This document shows, one piece after another, positions 1 through 11,792 of a stretch of DNA of 64,000 bases. Both the position numbers and the translations under genes were made by a program. Origin of the DNA: Albugo candida (Eukaryota). The stretch spans positions 62,001 through 126,000 of the forward strand of contig JBDOQK010000028.1 in NCBI GenBank assembly GCA_040437565.1, read 5' to 3'. The first letter of the stretch is position 1, and each line of letters starts with the position of its first letter. The notes beneath the pieces are model-generated. The model did no database searches, was not told where the DNA came from, and was given only the letters and a program-made list of their open reading frames with translations.

Positions 1-527
1 AATATACTTCTGACAACTCGGTCTTTTTTCTGCAATGAATTTTGTGTGTTTTGTAAAACGTATGCAAGAGTGTATAGTAAACGTCCATCAAGGAGTAGCT
101 CGCAGAACAAAGTAGATTGCTCTTTCACGTCTTGTATACTTTGCTCAAGTTTATTCCACTGCGTCGAAGTAATGACTCCACTCGGAAGTGCGGTATTCGC
201 TTGACGCACGCAGTCATAAAACCATGTTCGTAATATTACCTTGAGATCTGGAGAAAAAAGCTTAGACTCGCTCGATCGGCGTGTTAGTTTGATTCCTAAG
301 AACATGGTCTAATTCTGTTTGTCCGCGGCAAGAAGACCACCACAAAACAGACTGATCGTTTCGCGGATTGCTATATCGTAAGTTATTTCATGGTATCGTT
401 CCGAATTCTTGCGGGAATCTATATAAAAATCAAGCAGAACGAGGGTAGGGATACGAATTCCCCCTGTCCAGTCAGATTGTAATGTTGTGCCGAACCGGCA
501 GTTGACAGCTCCATGCCATTGGATCAA
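1..527 (-). CDS. Hypothetical protein, partial (runs off window start); exon structure unresolved
   Basis: One minus-strand frame is open from ~527 to the window start except for a single TAG at 309-311. ATG at 305 gives MFLGIKLTRRSSESKLFSPDLKVILRTWFYDCVRQ... No recognisable domain. Confidence 0.35.
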
Positions 528-1048
528 TAAAACTGTGTTAATGATTCAAACAAACTGTGCTAATGGTGTGTGGATGTTGCACGAGTGTTCAGATTGTCGT
601 GAGTGTTGTTCAAATGTAAGGTGACCCGATGACGCAGTCGACGCTACTCGCCTTCTTCAAGACGAAAAACCCTCTCCGAAACGATACAAGGCTCTTACTT
701 CAATATCAAGTTCAACTTGGATTCGTCCGCTTTCGGACATTTGTTCTCATTTTGTAATACTACGGCTAAGACTGCAAATGGAGACAATGGATATTGTGGA
801 TTACGAAAATGTCAAGAGCAAACGCTTTCTTCGCTTGGATAACACCAGTGACTTAATGGTTTCAATGTATGAAAAGTTTCGCATGTCTGGCGAGAAACCA
901 GCCCGTTGTATACTTATAAACTATACAGCGGCAGAAGAGGACGACTTGTGTTCCGACACAACAGAGTATTTGTATACGGAATCACTGAAAAAGTATATAA
1001 ATCATTCATAAAATATGTATCATTCCAAACGTATATTTCCAACGCAGT

Positions 1049-2020
1049 TCACGATGCCGCCGTAGTAGATAGATTATACTTTGCGCGCAGAAAACCACGT
1101 CGCTGTGCTTGTAAAAGTCTCCGATCTTGCTGGAACGAAGATATTTTTTTCTCCAGACACGTTGCTTCCTCTGATCTCTGTCGAAGTTTTGCGGTCTCGA
1201 CCTCAACTTCTCTTGCACGGCGTTCTTTTTCCTGTTTTTGAATAACACATCGAACATCTCGAGCGACTTGAATGCCGTTCATCCATTGTCTTCGTACGGT
1301 GGAATTCTTCGCATCAAATCGATACTCCTTGCTTTCTCTTGTCGTGATGCGGAAGCCTACGTCCGCATTATCCTCTCCAATCGATACTTCCTGAACACTA
1401 ATAATCGCATCTAATGCGATGGTCTTGGTCTCACCTGCACAACTATGTTATCATTTTTGTATTCTGTTACGGAACATGGTAAAGATACCTTCATATTGCC
1501 GTGTTTCCAAATTAACTGACCGGTATTGAAATACATTCGCTTGGGGGAGAAACCATAGCTCAACAGATCGAGTTCGAATCAAACCGTATTTTACAAACAG
1601 CGTGCCGTTTTCCAAAATTGGTAGATATCGTTCATAGTAAACGTTCTCGGTCTTTGCTTGCATCCAACAAGTTGTACACACTCGGACGGGTTGGTCCATT
1701 CCGTACTTGATGATACGTTCGTATTGCCCAGCGCACTTGTGACAAAAAATCAAACCACAACACCGGCAGTGATGCTTACGTGTGAACAGATCAAACTGAT
1801 CCATGCAAGTTGTGCAGCAAATGGAACTGTCATCTTTGGTCCATGGCGGCGGCTTTTCGTATCTTGAGCATGATGATGATGCAAGGGTGTCGCGTGAACG
1901 CTGGATCCGTGCTTTACCAGGTTGAGTGTTGTCGTAGTCATACGGATTGGACGAAGCTTGAAAGCAGCAGGAAAATATGGAGCGAGCATTCGCGATCACT
2001 TGATCTTTCACACTTTTCAT
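1049..2020 (-). CDS. FYVE zinc finger + PH-like domain + C-terminal coiled-coil protein (2 exons, intron 1435-1488)
   Basis: FYVE signature WxxD...CTTC...RKHHCRCCG...C..C...RVCTTC. A GT-AG intron joins in frame to GETKTIALDAIISVQE...FRITTRESKEYRFDAKNSTVRRQWMNGIQ (PH strands plus C-terminal helix) and ORF 1049-1282. Confidence 0.85.
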
Positions 2021-2285
2021 GTTTGTAAATTCAAAATATGTATACGAATGCGTGCAATCACGTATAGTGCAATGTATACGAATGCACCGGTAGAGTTGCT
2101 GTTAGTAACATGAAATACATTTNNNNNNNNNNNNNNNNNNNNNNNNNNNNNNNNNNNNNNNNNNNNNNNNNNNNNNNNNNNNNNNNNNNNNNNNNNNNNN
2201 NNNNNNNNNNNNNNNNNNNNNNGAAATACATTTTTTCGGTAAAGGCGCAAGAACAACGTTATTATACCGTATTACGAAAATAGTA

Positions 2286-4057
2286 TTAAACCAAGAATGT
2301 ATCAATGATATGATGAACGATATCAACGCCGGATGTATCGGATTTGGAAGAATCCGCTCGTTTTGCGATAATCTTCTCATGTGCAAGTATACTGCGGAAC
2401 AGCGCATCCAATCGCACCCAACCAATACTTTGCAGAGATATAAGCATTCCCCGTAGCAAGTCACACTGTGGGTCGGTACGAAATGCTTCGTGGACATGAT
2501 CCAAGACAATGTGCCGATTGGTACGATCGATCATTGGCTCACTCCGTTTCATCACGCTGTCACGTACCGTGGCAAATGTACCACGATGTCCCAACGTCAC
2601 ACTACGCTCACTTTTTGTGACACTCTCAAGTCCCAACCGCTCTCTATTTGGTGCAACATGGAATATATTCCATTTTTTTCGCTGAAAAATGGAACTTTCA
2701 TTCCAAAAGCGCGTATTTGATTGGGGTCGTTGCGGATGGAACGAGCTTAATGTAACGGTGAGATCGGCCTGATCTATTGATTCCTGTGTCAAGTGTGGGT
2801 ACGTTGTCGATGTGACGATATCATTTTCGGATCGAAGACGATAAGGATTATATGCTCGAATCGAGGCACAAGAGAAAGGTACCTGCATGTCATAAAACAC
2901 ATTGGCATATACATGTCGCCTCGCAAATAGCGATAGTGCCTGTAAGAATCTTCCACGTGTTAGACAACTGAGTAGAGGCTCTGCATCCTTCTGATCTGAA
3001 CGAAGCTTTCGATGCAAAGTGAAGGTCATAGCTGGGTTGAACTCCTTGCTGGATAATCCATAAGAATGTTGGGATATCGCTGTGATCCAATTCCATTGGC
3101 TTTCGAATCGTTCACGAGAGATTCGGACAATGACGAGCGGTTGTTTTTCGTCCTTTGGCTCGATATATATATCAAATGGGTCTGTATCTGTATTCTTCCG
3201 TGGGACCATCAGTGTGACTCGACATTGGACCAGCTTAAACTTGGTGTTGTATGAGCCCTCCAAGCTGAAGATTCGATCCTTAGTCGAGCAAAGTGTGTTC
3301 TCGAAGGTGAAATGTTCTGTCTTTTGTGTTTCTGAGCAACAAACAAGCATTTCTCCTTTCAATGATTCCAGCTCTACACACTCATTCTCATTACCTCTCA
3401 CTCAAAGCGGATGGCTACAAACCTTGCCCAACTGTCGATCGAGCTACATCTGGCTCGCTCATTTCCACAGCTTCTTTCGAAGCGATATCATGCAGATATA
3501 ACTGCACCCCGGATTTATTGAATAGTAACGGCACCATCGAGTTCATAACCGCATTCCAAGACCCTCTTCTCGGTCTTCTTACTCCAAAATGAGGAACTGC
3601 AAGTGCGATAAAACTCTATAAATCAATTCATCACATCAAATAATAACCTTCTTCAGCCACTCCTTACACAAGCTTGCACGCGATCAAAAAAACCTCTCGA
3701 AAATAGCACACCCATGCAATATCGACCATACAATCCGCCCATCGAGTGACCGATGAACGAGAATTTCTCGAGATTTGCCATTTGTTTTGCGATTTCTTGA
3801 ATCTCGTCGGCGAGTCGATTGCCACCCTGATCAATCCCGTCATACGTCTTAAAAATCGATGAAGCGTTGCTTTCAGCAGAGTGGATGTACAAACTCTTTG
3901 TCGATAGATGTGTTTGAAAAAGCATTACGACCTGAGAAAAATCTTTTTCGCTACCGAGAAGACCATGTTGGCAAACGATCAGATGCCGTGCCGTCAATGT
4001 CCATGGAACGTCGGGAATTGAACGCTCACTTTTTGCATTTGTATCAGAGTCTGTCAT
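2286..4057 (-). CDS. DUF676 putative serine esterase/lipase (alpha/beta hydrolase) with inserted PH-like domain (introns 3616-3667, 3374-3422)
   Basis: HLIVCQHGLLG, TYDGIDQGGNRLADEI, nucleophile GHSMGG, LAVPHFG, G.QLYLHD, PLL...FLQALSLFARRHVYAN..YDMQVP..CASI and C-terminal AHEKII, all typical of DUF676/ROG1-like proteins. Confidence 0.85.
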
Positions 4058-4215
4058 TATTTTCGTGTGTCACTAATGTCGTCGCTGTGACTTGAAGCAT
4101 AAACAATAAAGCAGAAAGTTGAAAAGAATGTATATAAGCCAATCAAATGCTTCATATTCGTTTTATTTACAGCAAGTTACATTGATACGCTACAATCCAT
4201 GAAAACGCACAAAAC

Positions 4216-4494
4216 TTAAGGATCCATTTCGTTGCCGCCGCGTAAATTCGAATCATTGCTCGATACTGGTCTTGAGCAAATTCCATCCGCACGCACAGAA
4301 AGATGGGGGTAGATGCATCGGTCATTCGCAAAAAAACATCGATTCGCATACGTATAATGATTACTTCCACAGACGGGTTCCTTTTCCGTCGAACACGTTG
4401 GCTGCGGATCGCACATATCGTGCTCTTCAACCATTTGTGGATACCCCAGAGTGAAGGTCAATGCCAATGCAAATATTTTCAGTGCCTTTGCCAT
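4216..4494 (-). CDS. Secreted single-domain Kazal-type serine protease inhibitor (EPI-like apoplastic effector)
   Basis: Hydrophobic N-terminal signal (MAKALKIFALALTFTLG) and six-Cys Kazal pattern C-x5-C-x7-C(PVCGSN..TYAN)-C-x6-C-x12-C. Confidence 0.9.
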   Translation of the reverse strand: MAKALKIFALALTFTLGYPQMVEEHDMCDPQPTCSTEKEPVCGSNHYTYANRCFFANDRCIYPHLSVRADGICSRPVSSNDSNLRGGNEMDP

Positions 4495-5069
4495 TAATAA
4501 TAGATTTTATAGAATGAGGTGCAAACTAAAATGCGCATTGCGAGCAGAAAGTATTACAACCTTAAGCTTTTTCGCGTCAAAATCGGTAACTGAAGTGAAC
4601 TGCTGTCGAGGACTACATCAACGTATACGCACTGACTGAATCAAAACCCTGAACCGGCTAAGACTNNNNNNNNNNNNNNNNNNNNNNNNNNNNNNNNNNN
4701 NNNNNNNNNNNNNNNNNNNNNNNNNNNNNNNNNNNNNNNNNNNNNNNNNNNNNNNNNNNNNNNNNTATAGAATGAGGTGCAAACTAAAATGCGCATTGCG
4801 AGCAGAAAGTATTACAACCTTAAGCTTTTTCGCGTCAAAATCGGTAACTGAAGTGAACTGCTGTCGAGGACTACATCAACGTATACGCACTGACTGAATC
4901 AAAACCCTGAACCGGCTAAGACTCGAAATAGAATTTCAAAAAAGTGGGACGCGCCGAGATCTTGTCCGACTCAAATCGCCAATTAGTCAGTTTGTCCTAC
5001 CTTTTGAGTTGGAATAACGAACCCCTGTCTTTTGTATCCCACATTTTCTATCGAAAGACCGCTTCTTTC

Positions 5070-6545
5070 TCACACTTTTTCCTGAACGACCAACTTTTCT
5101 TCCAACTTGTCCCACTTTTTACTGACTCGAAACTGATCGACTGCTTCCGATATTCGTACTTTGCGGAGAAAAGAAGCTCTTGCAATTTGTTTGCTCTGAT
5201 TGATCATTTCTTTCTTCTTTTCTTTAAGCATTCGCGTCCGCGCATCTTTCTCTGCTATTTTCTTGATCATTTGAAAGCGAGTATACTCTTCCACGCGCTT
5301 GATACGCTCCACATTGTGATGTTTATCCTCAAGAGTGAGATGTTTCTCCAGCGTTGTCAACGTGCGTTCCTTTTCTCGTCCGCCAAGCAGAGCTGCTTGT
5401 TTCTCCTCAAAAAGTTTGCGCTTGGTCAATAGATGCTGTGCGGCTGACTCATACTGCGTTAAAGCAGCATCAAATCGCTTTTTGCGCAGCTCGTCTTCTT
5501 CTTTTCTGCGAAGGGATCGTTCTTTGAGTTCTGCCATAGTTTTCTTCTGAATTTGCATGGCTCGATCGACTGCTTGAGCCTGTTTTGCATCGAAATCGTC
5601 TTTTCGTTTCTGCTTTCCCAATTCATTCTGCTCGAACACATGTTTTTTTCGTATATTCGTACGATGTTGTCGCCCGGCCGCTTCTTCGCGATGTTTGCGA
5701 TTTGCGTCCTCCATTTTTCGCGAGAGTTGTTCCTCCTTGAGCAGCATTTTTTGTCGATTAAGCAAAATCTGATCTTCTTGCTGCTTCAGTAAACTTTCCG
5801 TTTGTTTGCGAAACTCTTCGGCCTTCCGGTTCTGCTCTTTTTCCTTCTCCCGAATCGCTGCAATTTGTTTCAATTGCCTCTCTTCCTCTTCTTCCTGTAA
5901 AGCTCTTTCTTTCTCTGCTTCCCGTTTAGCGAGTAAACGACGCTCGAGAGCTTTCTTATCTTCCTGCCTCTTCTTCTCCATCTCTTTATCATGCTTCAGA
6001 GCCATTGTCAGCATATGTTTTTTTCGCGACTCATTTTGACATTGAGTCTTTTTGTTGTTTTCCGCAGCGGCACGTTGTGTGTTTTCTTCCTGTATTTGCG
6101 CCAATCTCTTTTCCATCTCAATAACGCTCTGTAGTTCCTTCTGCTGTCGACGCTTTATCCGTTCAATTCTTTTCTCTTCTAGCAAAAGCATCGTGCAAGT
6201 CGACGGAGAGGTCAAAGTCTGTGAGTTAAACGCACTACGAGAAGGAGAGGATGGAGGCGCAGAGTCCTTTTCTTCGGCTATTTTCTCGCGTTCTTTTACT
6301 AAAGAAGCGATTTTCTTTGTCCGGGCATTCTCAAAGTGCTCGAAGCGGATACGGGCAGCTTCTTTTTCAACGGCATTGCGTCGATCATTTAAATTAATGA
6401 AGTCATCTAATTGCTTGGGTACAAGCTCTTCTATCTCGATTCCCAAACGGAAACAAGCTTCTATAGTCCGTGGGGACTTTGGACGCTTCGGGTCACAGAT
6501 CGCGTTGTGATCAAACTCTGTTGAAGCAGAACCATCTACGCCCAT
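5070..6545 (-). CDS. Uncharacterised long coiled-coil protein (491 aa)
   Basis: Single ATG-initiated ORF rich in E/K/R/Q; N-terminal SPRTIEACFRLGIEIEEL...RFEHFENAR block. Confidence 0.75.
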   Translation of the reverse strand: MGVDGSASTEFDHNAICDPKRPKSPRTIEACFRLGIEIEELVPKQLDDFINLNDRRNAVEKEAARIRFEHFENARTKKIASLVKEREKIAEEKDSAPPSSPSRSAFNSQTLTSPSTCTMLLLEEKRIERIKRRQQKELQSVIEMEKRLAQIQEENTQRAAAENNKKTQCQNESRKKHMLTMALKHDKEMEKKRQEDKKALERRLLAKREAEKERALQEEEEERQLKQIAAIREKEKEQNRKAEEFRKQTESLLKQQEDQILLNRQKMLLKEEQLSRKMEDANRKHREEAAGRQHRTNIRKKHVFEQNELGKQKRKDDFDAKQAQAVDRAMQIQKKTMAELKERSLRRKEEDELRKKRFDAALTQYESAAQHLLTKRKLFEEKQAALLGGREKERTLTTLEKHLTLEDKHHNVERIKRVEEYTRFQMIKKIAEKDARTRMLKEKKKEMINQSKQIARASFLRKVRISEAVDQFRVSKKWDKLEEKLVVQEKV

Positions 6546-6710
6546 CGATTCTTTGCAGAATTTGCAATCAAATAGAGCGCAATCAGAGTTTCGTGTCGTT
6601 TCATGTCCTTAATTTTACAGTGAGCAACTAAATATAGCGCCAATTGATAAAGGAAAAACTGTTGTGGCTAGAAATGTTGTAACGCAATATTCATACTAAT
6701 AAGATTGTAA

Positions 6711-8464
6711 TTACTTCTTTGTGGGTTTTTTCTTTCCGCGGCGCTCGCGTCCGCGCTGCGCGTTCGGATTCATGCGCCCATATCCAACCTGTAGTGCCGC
6801 CGCACGCTCTGCTTCGACGCCCAATTCCCGCGCCACGTGATGGCCGAACGCGCTCTGCTTGTACTTCCGATGTTGTCGCTGTCGTTGACCCCACGTACCG
6901 ATCATTAATTGATCTTCACGCAAGAGCAGATCTCCTTGTCGACCGCCTTTCGGATTTGGAAGCGAATATTTCGTTCCCATCAAACTAACGGCACGATTCG
7001 AACGTAAATAGTACTTGATATCTCCATTTTTATCAACGCTGAATGCAACTCGCTCGAGCGTATTGTTTCCGCATTTCGGGCAAAAGAGACGCTCCATTTC
7101 AAAAGTTGTAGCGAAACACGCAAAGCAACGGAAGATCCATTGCTTTACACGACGTATAAGCATTCCGTCGGTAGATATGAGCTTGAGTCCAATTTGAAGC
7201 ATCACATTTTGCATCGAAAAATCCGTTGTGATGCACGCGACATGTGACGTTGTGCCACGTAGTGTCTCAAAATCTTGGCCATTTCCGAACGGAGAGGCTA
7301 TATAATGTTTAAAGTTGTTAAGATTGATCCAATTCTTTCCATCATCTTCTTTTCTGCCTTCATTGGTTACAGGTGCCGAGCTTCCGAGAATGCGAGATTG
7401 AGTCGAACCTGATTCGGGTCCTCTGACTTCTCCACTCACTTCAATCTCATCTTCGCGTGTATTGATCTCCTCGTTTTCTTCGTGTACAAAGTGGCATTTG
7501 TCACCACTGTTACATCCCTCCGGCGTATTGTAAAATCGACACGGAATATCAACTTTAGCGCTCCGAGTGGTTTCTGTGTGCTCGAACAAGCAGTCGTCTC
7601 CGTATTTACATCCAACGGGTGTGTTGAAATACTTGCACGGTTCAGATCGTGGCTGAGAACATTTTCCATTTGCGTCTCGAACGATTGTATGGGATGGCCG
7701 AGGCTCTGTATTAAGGTGGCCGACACCATGCGATTCTGATTCCAGCATATATGTGAGCGCCATAAGACGAAGATCAGTACGTGATAAATGAGCGAAATCT
7801 CCTGTTTTACGTGCAAAGCAGATAATTGCTTGCATGGCTTCCTGTGTTGGCTCACGAGTTTTGATCTCAAAAGGTAAATTCTGCAGATATTTTCGCGCAT
7901 TTTGATCGCGAATTTCTTCGAGCACGTCCGTAATCGTCCAGAAATTCTATGATACAAGTGATCAGAATCACATAAGAGCTATAACCGCGAATAAAAGACC
8001 NNNNNNNNNNNNNNNNNNNNNNNNNNNNNNNNNNNNNNNNNNNNNNNNNNNNNNNNNNNNNNNNNNNNNNNNNNNNNNNNNNNNNNNNNNNNNNNNNNNN
8101 GCTTCCTGTGTTGGCTCACGAGTTTTGATCTCAAAAGGTAAATTCTGCAGATATTTTCGCGCATTTTGATCGCGAATTTCTTCGAGCACGTCCGTAATCG
8201 TCCAGAAATTCTATGATACAAGTGATCAGAATCACATAAGAGCTATAACCGCGAATAAAAGACCTCGGCAAGTGGTGTGAGATTTGTTCTTTTGATTATA
8301 GCGCCAGAATCCACGACCAAATGGGTCAGCTTTGAGCTACGCGAGGTTTTTGCCGGCTCACTTTTGAGATTTAGTAATGATGCGTCACTCTCATTGATTT
8401 GCAGTGAGCTCATTCCGTCGGAAATCACTGGCGTATGGCTTCTTGCAGCTTCATGGTCTGTCAT
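6711..8464 (-). CDS. NOB1: NOB1 20S pre-rRNA site-D endonuclease (PIN + zinc ribbon) with two inserted CCCH fingers; spans gap-duplicated sequence
   Basis: PIN motifs HLVVDSGAII, VLEEIRD, FARKTGDFAHLSRTDLRLMALTY; WINLNN; CITTDFSMQNVMLQIGL; CFAC...FCPKCGNNTL; GTKYSLPNPKGG..LLLREDQ. Confidence 0.93.
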
Positions 8465-8532
8465 TATCAGAGTGCGGTAGCCAATCACCAATCGACTCAG
8501 ATTGTACCAAATGATGTTTCGTGTCACACAAA

Positions 8533-10533
8533 TTACCGTTTGCTTTTAGCGCTCTTTCCTTTTTTTTTCTTTTTAGCTTGCAACGCCAACTTTTCATTTT
8601 TTCTAACANNNNNNNNNNNNNNNNNNNNNNNNNNNNNNNNNNNNNNNNNNNNNNNNNNNNNNNNNNNNNNNNNNNNNNNNNNNNNNNNNNNNNNNNNNNN
8701 NNNNNNNNCTTGCAACGCCAACTTTTCATTTTTTCTAACAATGTACGTGCGGTAACATGCTTGTATAATCCGCGCAGAGATTTTCTGCGTGGAGAGAGGT
8801 CGATGTCGCAGAGCTTCTAAATCGGCCAAACGCGTCAGTTCTTGCGCTTTCCGCTTTTGCTCATCGATCTCTTTCTGCCATCGCGCTTCATAGATTGAGA
8901 GTTGGTGCTCAACTAATTCATTTCGCTGTTGAAGTTGTGATAACTCCTCTTGCTTACTCTGCAACTCATTCTGCGCTTTGATGTGCGCTTCTTTTAGCGA
9001 ATTTTGCAGCACTTCTTGTCGATTTTTCAAAAATGCTACTGTTTCTTCATGCACACGCGTTTCCACCTGACAATTTCTCTGCCAAGTGCTAATTTTGAGC
9101 TCTTCTTCCTCTCGTAGCTGTTGGTGTAATCGCGCCGTGCTTTCTTTCTTAGCTTTAACTTCGTTACGAGCATAACTGATATCTGCTCTACTTTTTTGTT
9201 TGAGTGTGTTAATTTCCTGTTTGAGGGAAGCAAGTTTCGCTTGATGACTCACAATATGCTTTTCGTACTCATTTTGCTCTCTCTCAAATTCAAGATTGAG
9301 TCGTTTCATCACCTCAATCGAGTCTTTTTCCTGTTTCAGGATCTCGTGCGCTTTTTCATGAGTGCGTTTTCCTTCGCGTACGTACTTGAATAAACTCTCA
9401 AATGTGCCATTTCTCTTCAAATCGTCGAGTGTTTGCGTGAGTAGTGTGATAATTTCCTCTTTTTCTTGTTGCATTTTTGTAAAGTGTTTATTGACGTCCG
9501 AATTTTCCTTTAAATTTTGTGATAATGTTTTTGTCGCTTCGCGTAACAGTTGGCCCGCTTTCTCGATCGCGCGCGCATTCTTCTTGTACTCTGCCTTGTT
9601 TGCAACACCCTGCGTCATCTACGTTAGTATCTATTGTGTGTTTTAGCGCGATACAACCTTCAAAGATGCGCGCTGATCGATCAGTTTCTCATACTTTGCC
9701 TCAAGCTGCCTCTGGTGATGAATGATACTGGAAATTTCGTCTCCGGCATGTTGCGAGAGCTCTTGATGTTGTATGAGATCAGGAGTGACACTTGANNNNN
9801 NNNNNNNNNNNNNNNNNNNNNNNNNNNNNNNNNNNNNNNNNNNNNNNNNNNNNNNNNNNNNNNNNNNNNNNNNNNNNNNNNNNNNNNNNNNNNNNTGATG
9901 ACTCACAATATGCTTTTCGTACTCATTTTGCTCTCTCTCAAATTCAAGATTGAGTCGTTTCATCACCTCAATCGAGTCTTTTTCCTGTTTCAGGATCTCG
10001 TGCGCTTTTTCATGAGTGCGTTTTCCTTCGCGTACGTACTTGAATAAACTCTCAAATGTGCCATTTCTCTTCAAATCGTCGAGTGTTTGCGTGAGTAGTG
10101 TGATAATTTCCTCTTTTTCTTGTTGCATTTTTGTAAAGTGTTTATTGACGTCCGAATTTTCCTTTAAATTTTGTGATAATGTTTTTGTCGCTTCGCGTAA
10201 CAGTTGGCCCGCTTTCTCGATCGCGCGCGCATTCTTCTTGTACTCTGCCTTGTTTGCAACACCCTGCGTCATCTACGTTAGTATCTATTGTGTGTTTTAG
10301 CGCGATACAACCTTCAAAGATGCGCGCTGATCGATCAGTTTCTCATACTTTGCCTCAAGCTGCCTCTGGTGATGAATGATACTGGAAATTTCGTCTCCGG
10401 CATGTTGCGAGAGCTCTTGATGTTGTATGAGATCAGGAGTGACACTTGAGAGAAATAAAAGTTTCTCAATAGCATCCTCAAAAATGCCACTCACGCGTAA
10501 GGACTCTGCAAGCGTAAGAGGAGGAGAAGTCAT
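8533..10533 (-). CDS. IQCG: Dynein regulatory complex subunit 9 / IQ domain-containing protein G (one real intron near 10265-10311; 9242-9795 duplicated across gap)
   Basis: PLTLAESLRVSGIFEDAIEKLLFL, TLDDLKRNGTFESL and ETRVHEETVAFLKNRQ resemble IQCG blocks as recalled; coiled coil, C-terminal IQ motif IIQACYRTYIVR and Lys-rich tail. Confidence 0.8.
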
Positions 10534-10581
10534 CTTTAGAGTGGTGCAATTTTCTATTAAAAAAACTCGACAATTTCATAT

Positions 10582-11644
<1,063 letters not shown>

Positions 11645-11792
11645 TTCCTCAACGGACACACGTCAAGAGGTGAAAATGTAATTTAGTAAATAGGTATGGT
11701 GCATAACGCAATGAAAAAAATTATACTTGAAGTTGAACTACCTTATCACACAAATGTAAGCCTGTCGGTACAACGATACCGGTATCGTACCG

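Noticed and set aside
778-1011. 77-aa plus-strand ORF with upstream TCATTTT
   Set aside because: Short with no recognisable features; cannot be supported, though not excluded.
3395-3422. Ultra-short 28-nt intron in the DUF676 gene
   Set aside because: It would need a GAG acceptor; a 49-nt intron ending in TAG at 3374 keeps the frame and fits local intron sizes.
9242-10449. Tandem duplication of IQCG (also NOB1 7837-8264, PKG 15695-16978, RIO1/SEL1 39594-41341, 4508-4923)
   Set aside because: Apparently identical copies abut fixed-length N gaps; assembly artefacts rather than biological repeats or LTRs.
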